Source of the DNA: Phyllosticta citribraziliensis
Taxonomy: Eukaryota
Direction: 5' to 3'
Assembly: GCF_038025025.1 (NCBI RefSeq)
Contig: NW_027117343.1
Location: 806,001-870,000 of the forward strand
Length of the DNA: 64,000 nucleotides
How positions within the stretch are numbered: position 1 is the first letter of the stretch; every line of letters starts with the position of its first letter. The position numbers were made by a program, and so were the translations under genes. This document shows, piece after piece, positions 19,834 to 31,056 of the stretch. The notes beneath the pieces were generated by a model. The model saw nothing but the letters and a program-made list of their open reading frames with translations. It made no database searches and had not been told where the DNA came from.

Positions 19834-21421
19834 GATGTGCGCCAACAGCGGAAGTAGTGAGAATGGACGGATCAATGTGGTGGACGTAGCGGAAGGAGTT
19901 GAGGTGGACAGGTTGGAGCGTGAGGCCAGAGAAGAGTGTAAGATGAGGACAAAGAGGTAGAGTTTAGTTTGTTCTTGAAGTGCTCAGCCCCTCGGGCAGG
20001 GCAGGGCAGGGCAGGGCATCATCAGGGCACGTGAAACAGCCGACGCCGCGTCACCGATGGCAAGCAGATGCCGGCGCACACAACCAACCACCGCACCCCC
20101 AGCCCAGCCCAGCCGTTTCACCCGCTCCCAACCCAAGTCGTCCTGCAACTTCATCTGCAGTCTGCATTATCGTCGCCCTTGCGCTCCGTCTCTGCATCTT
20201 CGCATCCATTCCTGCCGCCAACAATTCTCAACACTGCCGTGGCCATGGTCGTCGTGGCTGGTGGGCGCTTACGCGCGGCCAGAGCTCCAGGGGAAGATTT
20301 GACGCCGATCAGTTGGCCATGTACGTTGCTTATCGCTATCGCCGGACGTCTGCCGACAGCCGTTGGCAGGTCGGGGACATGTCTTGGTTCTGCTCTCACC
20401 CTTCAGACTCAGCGGCCTGTTCATGTTGACGCCCGTTGACAGCAACAAACACAAACCCCTCAATCAACAGTCTCACGTCGAACACTGGCACCGAACCAGA
20501 ACCATGGCCACTGCCCATTCCAGACCCTGACTGCAGCCAAGCCAGACATTCTGCTTGGCTTTCCAGGTTAGGCAGTTTTTGACACCCCCACCGTTGACCA
20601 TGACATCAGTCTCTCCCGGCGCTCCATCCTCGCTGTGTTGTTCTTTTCACACCTCCTGTTGTTCGACTCCACATCTCCGCGACGAATCTCTGCCACCTCC
20701 GACAGCTGTTGCCCTCAAACACCTTGGCGCCATCCTGGAACATTGATCGGCAGACGGGAGCCCCGCCCTGTCGCCGCTCTCCTTGCAGACCATCATCAAC
20801 GTAAATAATGCTTCATAACTCACCACAAGCTGAGTGCCGAGCCGATGGTTGACGGCCTTCGCAAGCGCACAATGCTCAAAGTCGTTCGGGACAATCATGC
20901 TTTCAATCCGATCTTTCGCTTCGTCCAGGAGGACGAGACGGCAGCTGCAGGCCTGATGACGCGGCGTGGCCGACACTGAGGCCCTCGAGCGATGATGAAG
21001 CTGCCTTGAAATTGCAAGCATGGCCGTGGGAGCTGTCACCATGCACCATCTCACGCCCGAAAGCGTTGTACGCGTTCTGGTCAACGTTTATTTCCATCTA
21101 CCTGATCTCTCACTACTTTTCTGTTTTCCTTTCTTGTTTCCCCAAGGTCCGGCCATCAAGTACTCCACCAGGAGCTCACCCAGGTCTCGATCAAGTCCAG
21201 TGATTGACGGCAGCAACGAGATCTATTGCTTATAACTACAAGGAAATTATAGAGGCTGCCAATGAGTGTACGAAGGAAACCCCCTGATGCTGCCTCACCC
21301 GGACGACCACGTGTATCTAGCACCCACCATGTGTACCTACAACTGCGTCACCGCACGCTCGACCAGCAAGCCCGCCCCACCAAATCCTTCAAAATGCACT
21401 GTGCTGATACTGTCAAAGCAA

Positions 21422-22820
21422 TCAGAATCCGCTGCTCAGACCGCTGGAGCCGAGACCGCTCGATCCCAAGCTACCGCTTCCCAGGCTGCTCAAGCTGCCA
21501 AACGGCGACGTACCACTGCCAGAGCCGCCGAGGGAGCCAAAGCTGGGCGTCGACAGACCGCCCAAGCTGCTGCCAGTGCCCGTGCCAGAACCGAGACCGG
21601 ACAGGCCGCCGCCAGACAGCGAGCCCAAGTCACCAAGGCCGCTCAACTGCGGAGCGCGAGCGTCGAGAGTTGCAGTGCCAGAGGAGCCCAGCGACGGCAG
21701 ACCGCTGGAGAGCCCTCCCAAGCTGCTGCCCGTGCTTGATCCTAGACCGGACGGGAGGCCGCTAGGGAGGCTACCGCCAAGTCCGCTACCCGTTCCGCTA
21801 CCCAGACTAGGCAGACCGCTGAATTGCGGGTCGCGCGCCTCGATGGCGGAGGCGCCCACATTGGAGCCGAAGCCGCTCAGACCGCTGGATCCGCTGGTCA
21901 GGCTCCCGAGGTCGCCGAGCCCAGACGATGTGCCGGTGCCGCTGGACGGAATCAGGCTTTCCAGACCACCACCGAGGCCGGATGATGTTCCGCTGCCCAG
22001 GCTGGAGAGTCCGCCGAGTCCGCCGAGTCCGCCGTCGGTTGTCGATGTGCCGGTGAGCTGGCGCTTCGAGCTCGATCCGACGGCCGACTTGATGAAGTTG
22101 GCGGCCGTTCCCGTGTCAGCGCCGTAGCCCAAGTGACCCGAGGTGCTTTGTGACGAGGTGCCACCGGAGGAAGCACCTCCGCCGGTGCCCATGCCACAGA
22201 CGGAATCGCCCTGAGACGATCAAGTCAGCCACTTGCTGGAAAAGCAGAGAATATCAGGAGAAAAGCTCACCGAAGCGCAGAACGTCTTGAACTTGGATGG
22301 GTCGACGCCGTCGAGCTTCTGGCTCTTGAACGGATCGCCGAACGTGACGGCAGCCGCAACCTTTGACGCCTTGCTGCCTAGCTTGGTCGTCGTGTGGTGC
22401 ACCAGCATGGCGCCCTGGCTGTAGCCCGTCAGGATGAGCTTCGTGTCCGGGCACTTGGTCAGCCACGAGTTGGCCTGGTTCGTCATGGCCGTCGTGCCTG
22501 CGCCGCCGGTGCCCATGCTCTCGGTCATGATGCCACCGGCGTCGGCAGCGTAGTTGACTCCCTGTGCCGAGATGTTAGATTCTGGTCTGCCCCCTTTGGA
22601 GAATGATCTTTACCTCGACATTGACGTTGTTCTCTCCCAATGCCGACTTCACCTTGGTGGACAGCGATGGTCCGACGACCGATCCCATGGTCCCCATCTC
22701 CGTCGTCCCGCGAGCGAAGAGCAAGACGTAGCTTTTGCAGTCGCCAGCAGCGGCGGCCGGGACGGGCGCGGCGACAGAAAGAGCCGCATAGAGGGCGGCA
22801 GAAAGGGCGACGGTCTTCAT
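21422..22820 (-). CDS. Cutinase (CE5) with a ~210-aa Gly/Ser/Leu-rich C-terminal extension, 428 aa; introns 22562-22613 and 22211-22270
   Basis: Signal peptide; C...LLFARGTTE; GVNY.A; CPDTKLILTGYSQGA (nucleophile Ser); FGDP; FCASGDSVC (Asp); SGHLGY (His). Both introns are phase 0 with canonical sites. Confidence 0.93.
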
Positions 22821-24171
22821 TGTTGATGATGAGGTGACGTGGTCGTGTGGTATTCTCTTGGACGAAAACGATGACTAGCGAGTAAAGACTAAAGCAGCTC
22901 TCAGAGCGTGCAAACGAATGAATCAAGACGGAACGGAACGACTAGGCCCAGGCAAGGAGAAGAGGAAGAAGCTGCTACTGCCGATGCTGCTGTCCTGCCT
23001 TCAAACTTACCATTCCACCCCTCTTATACCCATCATCGCTTTCTCTAGAATACCACAAAAGACCAGCAGCCTCGGTAGAAAGCTAGCCCAAAGCCATTCT
23101 ACTGGCCCAAAAGCACGACCGTAGATCGCTCCGTACGACACTACTCAACACCACACCGCCATGACGAGAGACATTTTTCAGGTAAGAAGCGTGTGGCTGC
23201 GACCAGTCGCACAAGACGAGTCGTCTCTGCGCCGCAATCTTGCAGCGGCTCTTCGCCAGACGAGCCGCTGCGGGGCCTTTCTGCTCCTTACGAGAAACAG
23301 CGCGGCGCTTGCCGTGTCTTGCTGCAATGGGTAGTTGACTTGATGATGCGATAATGTGATACCTCCAGAGCCAAGGCTGGTTGGAAACTGGTCCCATGCG
23401 AAGAACCGACCCTTCAACGACACATCGCAAAATACGACGCAGCCAGCCAGACGAGCTTCCAGCAAAGCCATCATCGCCATCACTTCCTTCCCCTCTCGTC
23501 GTATACTCTCGTATACTGTCGGCCTCGCAGCCCCCGTTGCTTTTTCTTCAGCCGTTGATATGTTCGACGCACGTGGCGGTCCCGCCAGCGGCATGCCTGA
23601 ACGCCCACCCGGCGCGTGCGCCGTTGCCGTGCAGCCACGAGGCGCGGGGTACCTGCGTGCGCCGCCCTTCTGGAAGGATGTATGATGCTGCGGCTGCCGT
23701 CAGTCGCTCGTGATGTGAGACAGGGGGCGCGGCCTGTTTATTCCCCTCGAGCTGAGACATGCATGCGTCGAAGCTTCGACGAAGCTTGATTGTTTCGAGA
23801 AAAAGGGAGTTGAAGCGAGGCGGCGGTGCATTGGCTTGTTTGTTTGTTTGTGTGGTGTGCCTGGTTCGGCCGGCCGTCTGGTGATCATGGTGGCGATGGC
23901 ATCGAGTGGTGAGATTTGTGGCCTTCGGCTCTTCGTGTCAGCTTGATTCTGATCCTACCGGCTCGACAAGTGTCAGTCTTTGCTCGTTTTCAACAGCACA
24001 ACACACTGCAAGAGAGATGGCCAAATGGGAGAGGAGAAACAAGATTCAAGTAATATGTACAGTGAGTGTTACAACATCAGCCCGCCTGCAAGGCCTTGCC
24101 ACGTGCGGCCAGTTCCGATCGCACACCTTTTCAACAGCTCGTAAACAATCTGGAGCCAAAAGAGAAATGAT

Positions 24172-25758
24172 TTAGAGCTTGCCGCCGTACTCCTGGGGCT
24201 GCTTGGCGGCCTCGCTCTGCTTGGCCACACCGACAGCGCCGCCGTCCCTGGGCTTGTTCGCGTCCAGGGGCAAGTCGAGGTTGAGGCGCTTGCGGGTCGA
24301 GTAGGTGGCGAGGCTGCCGTCAGGGTCGGCCTCGGTGATGAGCTCCTTGCGGCGCGTGTCGACCAGGAGCCTGATCAGGTCAGGGCGCATGTAGTGACCG
24401 CCAAAGTCGGCAAGCGCCTTGGTGAGGTGCGACTCGTTCAGGTCGATCTGGGAAAGGTTAGCTACGGCTAGGCTGAGGCTTCTCTGATGACTACTCACGT
24501 CGACATAAAGCAGACCGTCAAAGTCCTTGTCGGGCTTGGCGACCAGAGTGCCGTCGGGCTTGTAGATGCGGGCGTGGCCGTTGTAGGTCGAAGGGTCAGT
24601 CTCGGGTTCGACGCCCTCGGGAGTGTTCGCCTTCAAGCCTTCAACCGACAATCGCTGGAAGGGTGCGAGAGTCCAAGTGCCAGTCTCAATGGCGTAGGCA
24701 GGCGTGACGAGGTCAGAAGCCGGGTCGGCGACGTTGGTGGCAGGGTCAGGGTACTTCAGAGTCTCCTTGCCAGGGTAAATGGGCCAAGCAGCAATGCTGG
24801 GGATCGTTAGTGCCTGTGGGAAGAAGTGTTGGCGAGTCACTTACTGGATCTGCTCGCCCTCAGCAACGTTCATCGACTTGAGGAAGGGGTTCATGTTCTC
24901 CCAGCAGTTGAGCTGACCAAGACGTCCAATCTCGGTCTCGGTGACAGACTTGAAGGTGTCACCAGAGCCGTCGCCGTAGACGAGCTTCTCGACGTGGGTG
25001 GGCTTGATCTTGCGGCGGTGGTTGAGGATGTCGCCAGTGGGAGAGATCAGAACCTGGGCAAGGTACAGCGTGGCATGGTCAATCTCGGAGAAACCCATCG
25101 AGACGTAGCTGTCTGCAATCAGTCTTGCTACCTGCAAAGCAGGAATGGTTCGTACATGGAGTTGTCCCTGGCAGCGCGGCGGATGCGCCTCATTTCCTCG
25201 GAGTCGACAGCCAAGCTGTTCTCGCGGTACTTCTTGAGCATGGGGAGAGACTGCTGGTAGGTGACCTTCCACATCCAGTAAGGGTAGCCGGGCATCCCTA
25301 TACAAGTCAGAAAGGCCCATGTATCGATACCAAGGCACAGTGGGTGTCGATAGAAATGAGACATCAATCGCTACCATGGCAGCGTCAGGGAGCAGTCATC
25401 TGCTATTGCAGCACCCCTAATCAGCAGTCGCCGTCCATAGCAGATGTGCACAGTGGGCTATTGTCTGTTGCCCCAGCTAGACCTGCAGAGTCTCATCTCT
25501 TTCGACACCCGCTATAAAGGGGATCTTACAAACTTCAGGGAAGGCAACCAGACGACAGCCATTTTGCGAAGCCTCTTCAATGTACTTAATGGTCTTCTGG
25601 ACACCAGCTTCTAAGTCGAACCAGCAAGGTTCACTTGTCAACTTCAACGATAGCTGTCAGCAGCTGCGCAAAAAAAAAAAAGAAAAGAAAAGAAAGGGGG
25701 GGTGCAGGAGATGTCCTCTTACCGCGGCGGCCTTGTACTTGGTGACGGTGGTAGGCAT
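24172..25758 (-). CDS. cht: Cyanide hydratase (fungal nitrilase family), 375 aa, 6 exons: 25758-25723, 25641-25530, 25297-25156, 25108-24845, 24796-24499, 24447-24172
   Basis: KYKAAA.TSEP.WFDLE, FPEVWMPGYPYW (Glu), [10 protein letters not shown] (Lys), LNCWENMNP (Cys, cyanide-hydratase type), [17 protein letters not shown]. Exon lengths sum to 1128 nt. Confidence 0.95.
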
Positions 25759-28193
25759 CTTGATTGCTTGGAGAAAGTATTCAAAGACTGAATGTGTTGG
25801 ATCTCTTGTTGATGCAGACGAAGAAACGGATTCGCTGTCGTCTTAAATAGATCTTTGAACTTCGGCCTGGGTGCGACCAAACAAGCTACACTCCGTCACC
25901 CGAGGCTCTCCGAGTAACGTCGCCCTGCAGGCCAGCAGCTTTCCCGCAGACATCCAAGGCCTTGCCATCCGTGTGTGTACTGTATAGTGGGGAGTGGAAT
26001 GATGTCTAGTTGGACATGGCCAATCGGAAGGATCGATAAGCTCTAGATTGCGTGCGGAGAGCCGATAATAGGACGCTGGGGGGCAACAAGTCAGTCCAGT
26101 TTACCGTCATGCCGATACTGCCAAACGCGTCTGTCGAATGTCGTGCCGGCGGGTTGCCGTTGATCGCGAAGTGTGGAGATGCCGAAGATGCCGAAGCACG
26201 CCGCGGCAGCCGGCCAGTCGGCATGATATCACAATTGGATGCCGCGACAACCGCAACCCCAGCTATCGATGTGATCTCAAACTCGACGGGGTCTCGTCCG
26301 GTGTCGCATGTAACTTGTCATTGTCAGGAATCGACGTCGGTCCAGCTACATTTTCCCCAAGTGCGGGGCAACGACCAATGGCCGCCAATTTCTCCACGCA
26401 CAACCGCTTGCGACGACTTGACTGGGTAATTGAGGGAAGGGAAATCCATTCATACTTTTCTGAGTGTTCATCGCGCAACACAGAAAGTGAGGAGCAGTCT
26501 GCCATTCGGGGCAGGTAGTTTGGTGGACTCAGGCTGGAGAACGGCGGCTCGGTCCGCCATCCGCCAAATTTAGATCGCTCCTCCTGCCCTGCAATGCTCA
26601 ACAACCAAAACACCTGCTTCGTTCCCGACGGCGCTCGCACTGAATCCACTGTTCCACAGATTACGTGCCTTTAGTGCCACGGGAGCGGGGTGCATCTGCG
26701 GAGATCTGCAGGCTGCCGGTAGAACGGTGGTAGCGCGGAGGTAACTCCCGATACTGAGGTGACTGCGTCTGGGGAGCATTCGTCCCCTGTTGTGGGTGCG
26801 GCTTGATCGACAAGGTAGATTGTCCTTCAACCCCGATCGGAAGAATAGCCTGAGGAAATCTCTGCCCGGCAACAGTGTTTCCTCAGCCTGGCAAGAGTAC
26901 AGAATCAGGACACGTCGGTTGTGAATCCACCTTTGATTCGTATGTGACCTTGATAACCCTCTTTACGTGTCAAAGACCTCATGGGGTTTTCCCTACTTCT
27001 TCTAGAGCGTCTCTCGATTTTAAAAGCGACTGGGCTGACTACTAGCTTTGTTAGAGCTTTTGTTAGTCTAATTAAATGGGAAACATACCTTCTCCGTCAC
27101 TATCGCCTTCAGACTTATCGGATGACGAAGCTTCGTAAGATGAGGGAGCACATTCCGACGAGTAATCATTGCCAGACGAGGGTTCATCTTCAGACGAGGG
27201 TTCGTCGTCATGAAGGGGGGCATATCTGGGCGGATGGGCGTCATCGGGCCGCGAATGATCGCTAGGGGCCGAGTATCCTTCAGAGTCCGAGCTGGACGGA
27301 TGGGCAAGAGGCGGAAGAGATACTCTCAAGCTATTGTGCAGGAGCGCCGACCCCGCCAAGGGCACTGTTGAAATTTCCTGTGACGGGGCTCTGATTTGAG
27401 CCACCACTTACGCCAAGCTGTTAACAACCAAGGCGGAGTATGTCCTGGGGGGAATGTGGAGGTTCAAATGGCAGTGCAAATGCGTTCAAGGAGGATTCCG
27501 TCGCTACTGCATCATCTTCTGTGGGGCTAGGTACATACGCGATGAAGACGCCCTTGAGCGAGTGGAAGAGGCCCTCGACCGGGTTGCGGAGCGAGATCGC
27601 GTGGCTCTCTACGACTGCGACCGCGACCGCGGCCGCGGCTACAGCCGCGACATCCTTGATCTTCGGCCATATCGCAAAAGTTCAAGAAATGGTGGGTCTT
27701 TTGACAGGTGTAAATAGATGTTGAGATCAAAGGGAAAGAAGTGAAGCCGGGTTAGTGGGTGATGGTGATGAAGTCAGGAAGGTCGACGACAACAAAAAGA
27801 CTTTGGGACTGGCAAGCCGACAAACAAGTTCTACGATTTGTTTGTGGGGGAAAGGCGCAGACGCGTCGATGGCACGCAGAGCGAAGAATCAAGCAGCGAC
27901 CCGGCACAACAATCACCTTGCGCCGGCGTGCCCGCAACCTGCACCCGTCCACTATCCATCATCCGCTACAACCTCTTCCGTCGCCAGCGTCTTGATCCAC
28001 CCACGACTTCAACTCCACATCCAGTTCGGCGAGTACAAGAACACTCCACCAGCTCCACCTTGCTTCCTCAACGTTTAACCTGTCCAAAGCAAGCTCTGGG
28101 CCCACCAGACGACTTTCCAAGTCGCCCGAGCACCTTACTTCAGTCCGCGGCTTCACAACCGTCAAAACATCCATCCTAAACACGCTGGGCACC

Positions 28194-29320
28194 ATGAATA
28201 CCAACATCAACCCAGAGTCCGGCTCTGTCCTGGTTGGAGGAAACATGGAGGGGTACCAAAAGCTTGAAGATATAGAGGTTTGTGAAGTTAAAGTGACCTC
28301 GAAAAAACAGGAAACTAAGCACACCCACCAAACAGATTTTCGAGGCCCTCGCGGCTGATGACGATGAGAAGGCCCTAAACCTTGCCAAGAGAGCATTGTT
28401 GGATCCTCATCTTCCCTTGTACTACAGGTTCAAGTATGAGCTTCTTGCTGCGTCTCTGGAGGGCGGTGATCCATGGCCACATGCTGAGGAGGCCGAGAAG
28501 GCGTTAAAGTATTTGGAGGAAGACGTTGAGGACGTGAGTGATAACCTTACATCTCCTTTTGGAATGAGAACTGACCACAGACTAGAATCCACATGAAAAT
28601 GAAGTCTACCAAAAGGAGAGCAACGAAGCCGTGAGGAGGCTGCACAAAGATCTGGAGATTCTGAAGGAAGACCTCCGTGAGTATGAAAGGAAGGAGGCTG
28701 CAGCAGAGCTTGCTCAAGAGCAGGTCAACCAGGGACTGTTCGTCACATTTCTCGTGCAGTCTAGCCCACTCCAAACAAAGCTGGATTTGACCGAACTTGA
28801 CCAGGGCGGTCTTTCTGTCCCGGCCCATTGGCGTGTCAACCGTGCAGGCACACCCGCTTCAATGTCCGCGGCGAGCATCGACTCCGAGGCGGAATGTCAA
28901 AAGTCTGAGGGCGCTCGCGACATGCACGGCGACCTGCCAATGGCGCAGTCTGACATGCCCAGGTCGCCTCTCAAGTGCAAGTCAACGCCTCTCTCGCAAG
29001 TTGAAGAAGCTGTTGAGTCTGGGGAAGCGGGCGAGGCAGAGCCGGAGGACGAACATGATGGACAGTTCGACAAGTCCAGGCATCGTTCCAGCACCGCAAC
29101 GCACTCCGCCACGAAAAAGGGGTCCAAGCTCCCCGCTCCCGTTCCCGTTCGGCTCCGCCCCGGGTGCACGGGCCACTATCAAAAAAGTCTTCACCTCCGC
29201 AGCAGCAGCGTGCGCAGTGCGAAGCACCACACCCACCCCACAAAAGGGAGCTCTGTTAAAAAGCAAAAAGATGATGTTGACTGCTGTGAGACTCGAACTC
29301 ACGAAGGGAAACCCAACTAG
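28194..29320 (+). CDS. Hypothetical protein, ~338 aa (helical N-terminus, disordered C-terminus); introns 28278-28335 and 28534-28585
   Basis: Two phase-0 GT..CTAA/CTGA..AG introns join three ORF pieces in frame: ...KLEDIE|IFEALAADDDEKALNLAKRALLDPHLPLYYRFKYELL...ED|NPHENEV... Confidence 0.6.
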
Positions 29321-31056
29321 TATGTTGATTTCCGCCTTTATTCGGAACTCTGTTCAGATGTCCTGAAACTAGCGCCATAACCACTCGGCCAAGCAGCCAT
29401 TGTTGAAGAAACCAGTTGCATAATCTGTATATGTACTTCAAATGCAGGTGCTGGCCACGAGTGGACTGCCAAGGTGAGGATGAAGTAAGTGCTGTACCGC
29501 TCAGGGGTGGAGTTGCGGCTCATCGCTGGCAGCTCAATGGGTCACGGGGCCATTTTTGGCTTGCAGATGGGAGATTCGGGTGGCTTATCGTCACATCAAG
29601 TCCTGCATAGCCTTAACAAATTAATTTATGATTCGCAAACATATCAACATTTTCTCGTTTACAAGGATTTCGCTCAACTGAACGTCATTTCTCTCGCCTA
29701 CTCCCACTCAAACTGAAAGAAAACTCAAGATGGCGCTGTCTACCTGTGATTCCGCTGCAGAAGTCCCACGGACACTGCAATCAGCGATTGAGACACCCAA
29801 ACAACAGGATCGGCTCTCACTCTCCACAGAAAGGCACTTCTGAAAATCTGGCCCCTTCTCCGACCCCCTTTCCCAAGCGGACTACGAACTACACGTCAAG
29901 ACAGGACGTAACACGGAGCAGCCCACACCACCATCACTGATCCACAGACGTCTAGCTCGATTGCACCTAATGGAGCTGCTTCATACCCTGCTCAACCTCG
30001 AGACGTCCAGGGGCAGATCAGTCCACAGAAATCTCCCCCTTTAGAGCCAAAGCATATTTACACGGGCTCGGGAAGCTCGCACCAGTCAGCAACGAACGCA
30101 TCGAGAACGACAGGAGAATCCAAGACACAAGCGCGAGGAGTGTGAGGAAAGGCAGCAGCCATACCGGGATTCAAGGACGGTAGGGAGTAGCGTTCATGGT
30201 TCGTGGTGCTGGAGGCCCACGAAAAAATTGCGGACAGGCGACTTGTGCGGACAGAACACCAGATCTCTTTCAAGGCGAGATGGTCATCGAGGGAAAAGCA
30301 GCCAGAGGGAGCACTCGGTCAGTCACGGCCAGCCTACCAACGCACATCCGCCGCCTTCCTCGACGCTAAGCACTTGCCATCTCCTCAGTCCAACGACAGC
30401 TCCCACCCTTCGCAGACATCGAGAGAGGAGGAGGATGACGAGGAAGACCACGAGCACAACGCAAAGACGAAGAGCTCGGTCGAGCACCAGAGCCAACCCC
30501 ACATCATCCAAACAGCGCAACAATGAATACCATACCTACGCTATCCTACCTACGCCAACCAGCCAAAGGGCAGCATAATTTTGACGAGACGCACCCACCA
30601 CCAACCACCAATCACCAACCCAGCCCTACCAGCAAAAATTCCAACAAGCTGCCCAGTCCAGTCCAGTCGCAGCACACTGCAGCGCAGCCTAACTCAACCC
30701 AACCCAGCGCATTCGCAGCGAGGAGCAGCCAGCGATTTCGAAACCAACGAGGCCCGCGGACGCAGCGGTCGAGGCGGGTCGACAGGACGGCGGCGGGGAG
30801 GGGGGCGTGGCGGATTCAGCGCCCTGGGGAAACGATCGAGAAATAGCGATGGCGATGAGACATGGAGGGCCCGAGAGAGAGGTGTCGAGTGGAACGCGTC
30901 TGCCCTTGACTCGCCAACTGCCGATGCTCCAGGAGACGGCTGATTCGGACGGGCTGTGGTGTCGTTGTCGCGGGAGTCCTGCTGGAGGCGCTGCTGCCGC
31001 TGATGCTGACTTTTCGCTGCTGCTGCTGCTGCTAGCTACTGCTGCTGCCAAGATCC

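Noticed and set aside
19995..20016. (GGGCA)n and other microsatellites or homopolymers (25670 poly-A, 48623 GGT, 49687 GGGA)
   Set aside because: Ordinary simple repeats with no further structure.
25639..25645. Leu instead of the usual Val after an AAG acceptor in cyanide hydratase as a sign of pseudogenisation
   Set aside because: Frame and catalytic E-K-C are intact, the substitution is conservative, and AAG acceptors occur in fungi.
27068..27730. Possible small spliced gene on the - strand (MAEDQG... and an acidic Ser-rich ORF)
   Set aside because: Donor-like sites exist, but I could not build a stop-free spliced model, and no recognisable domain is present.
30203..31050. Short ORFs downstream of the BEACH gene
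   Set aside because: Low-complexity sequence consistent with the BEACH 3' UTR and intergenic DNA; no ATG-initiated coherent model.
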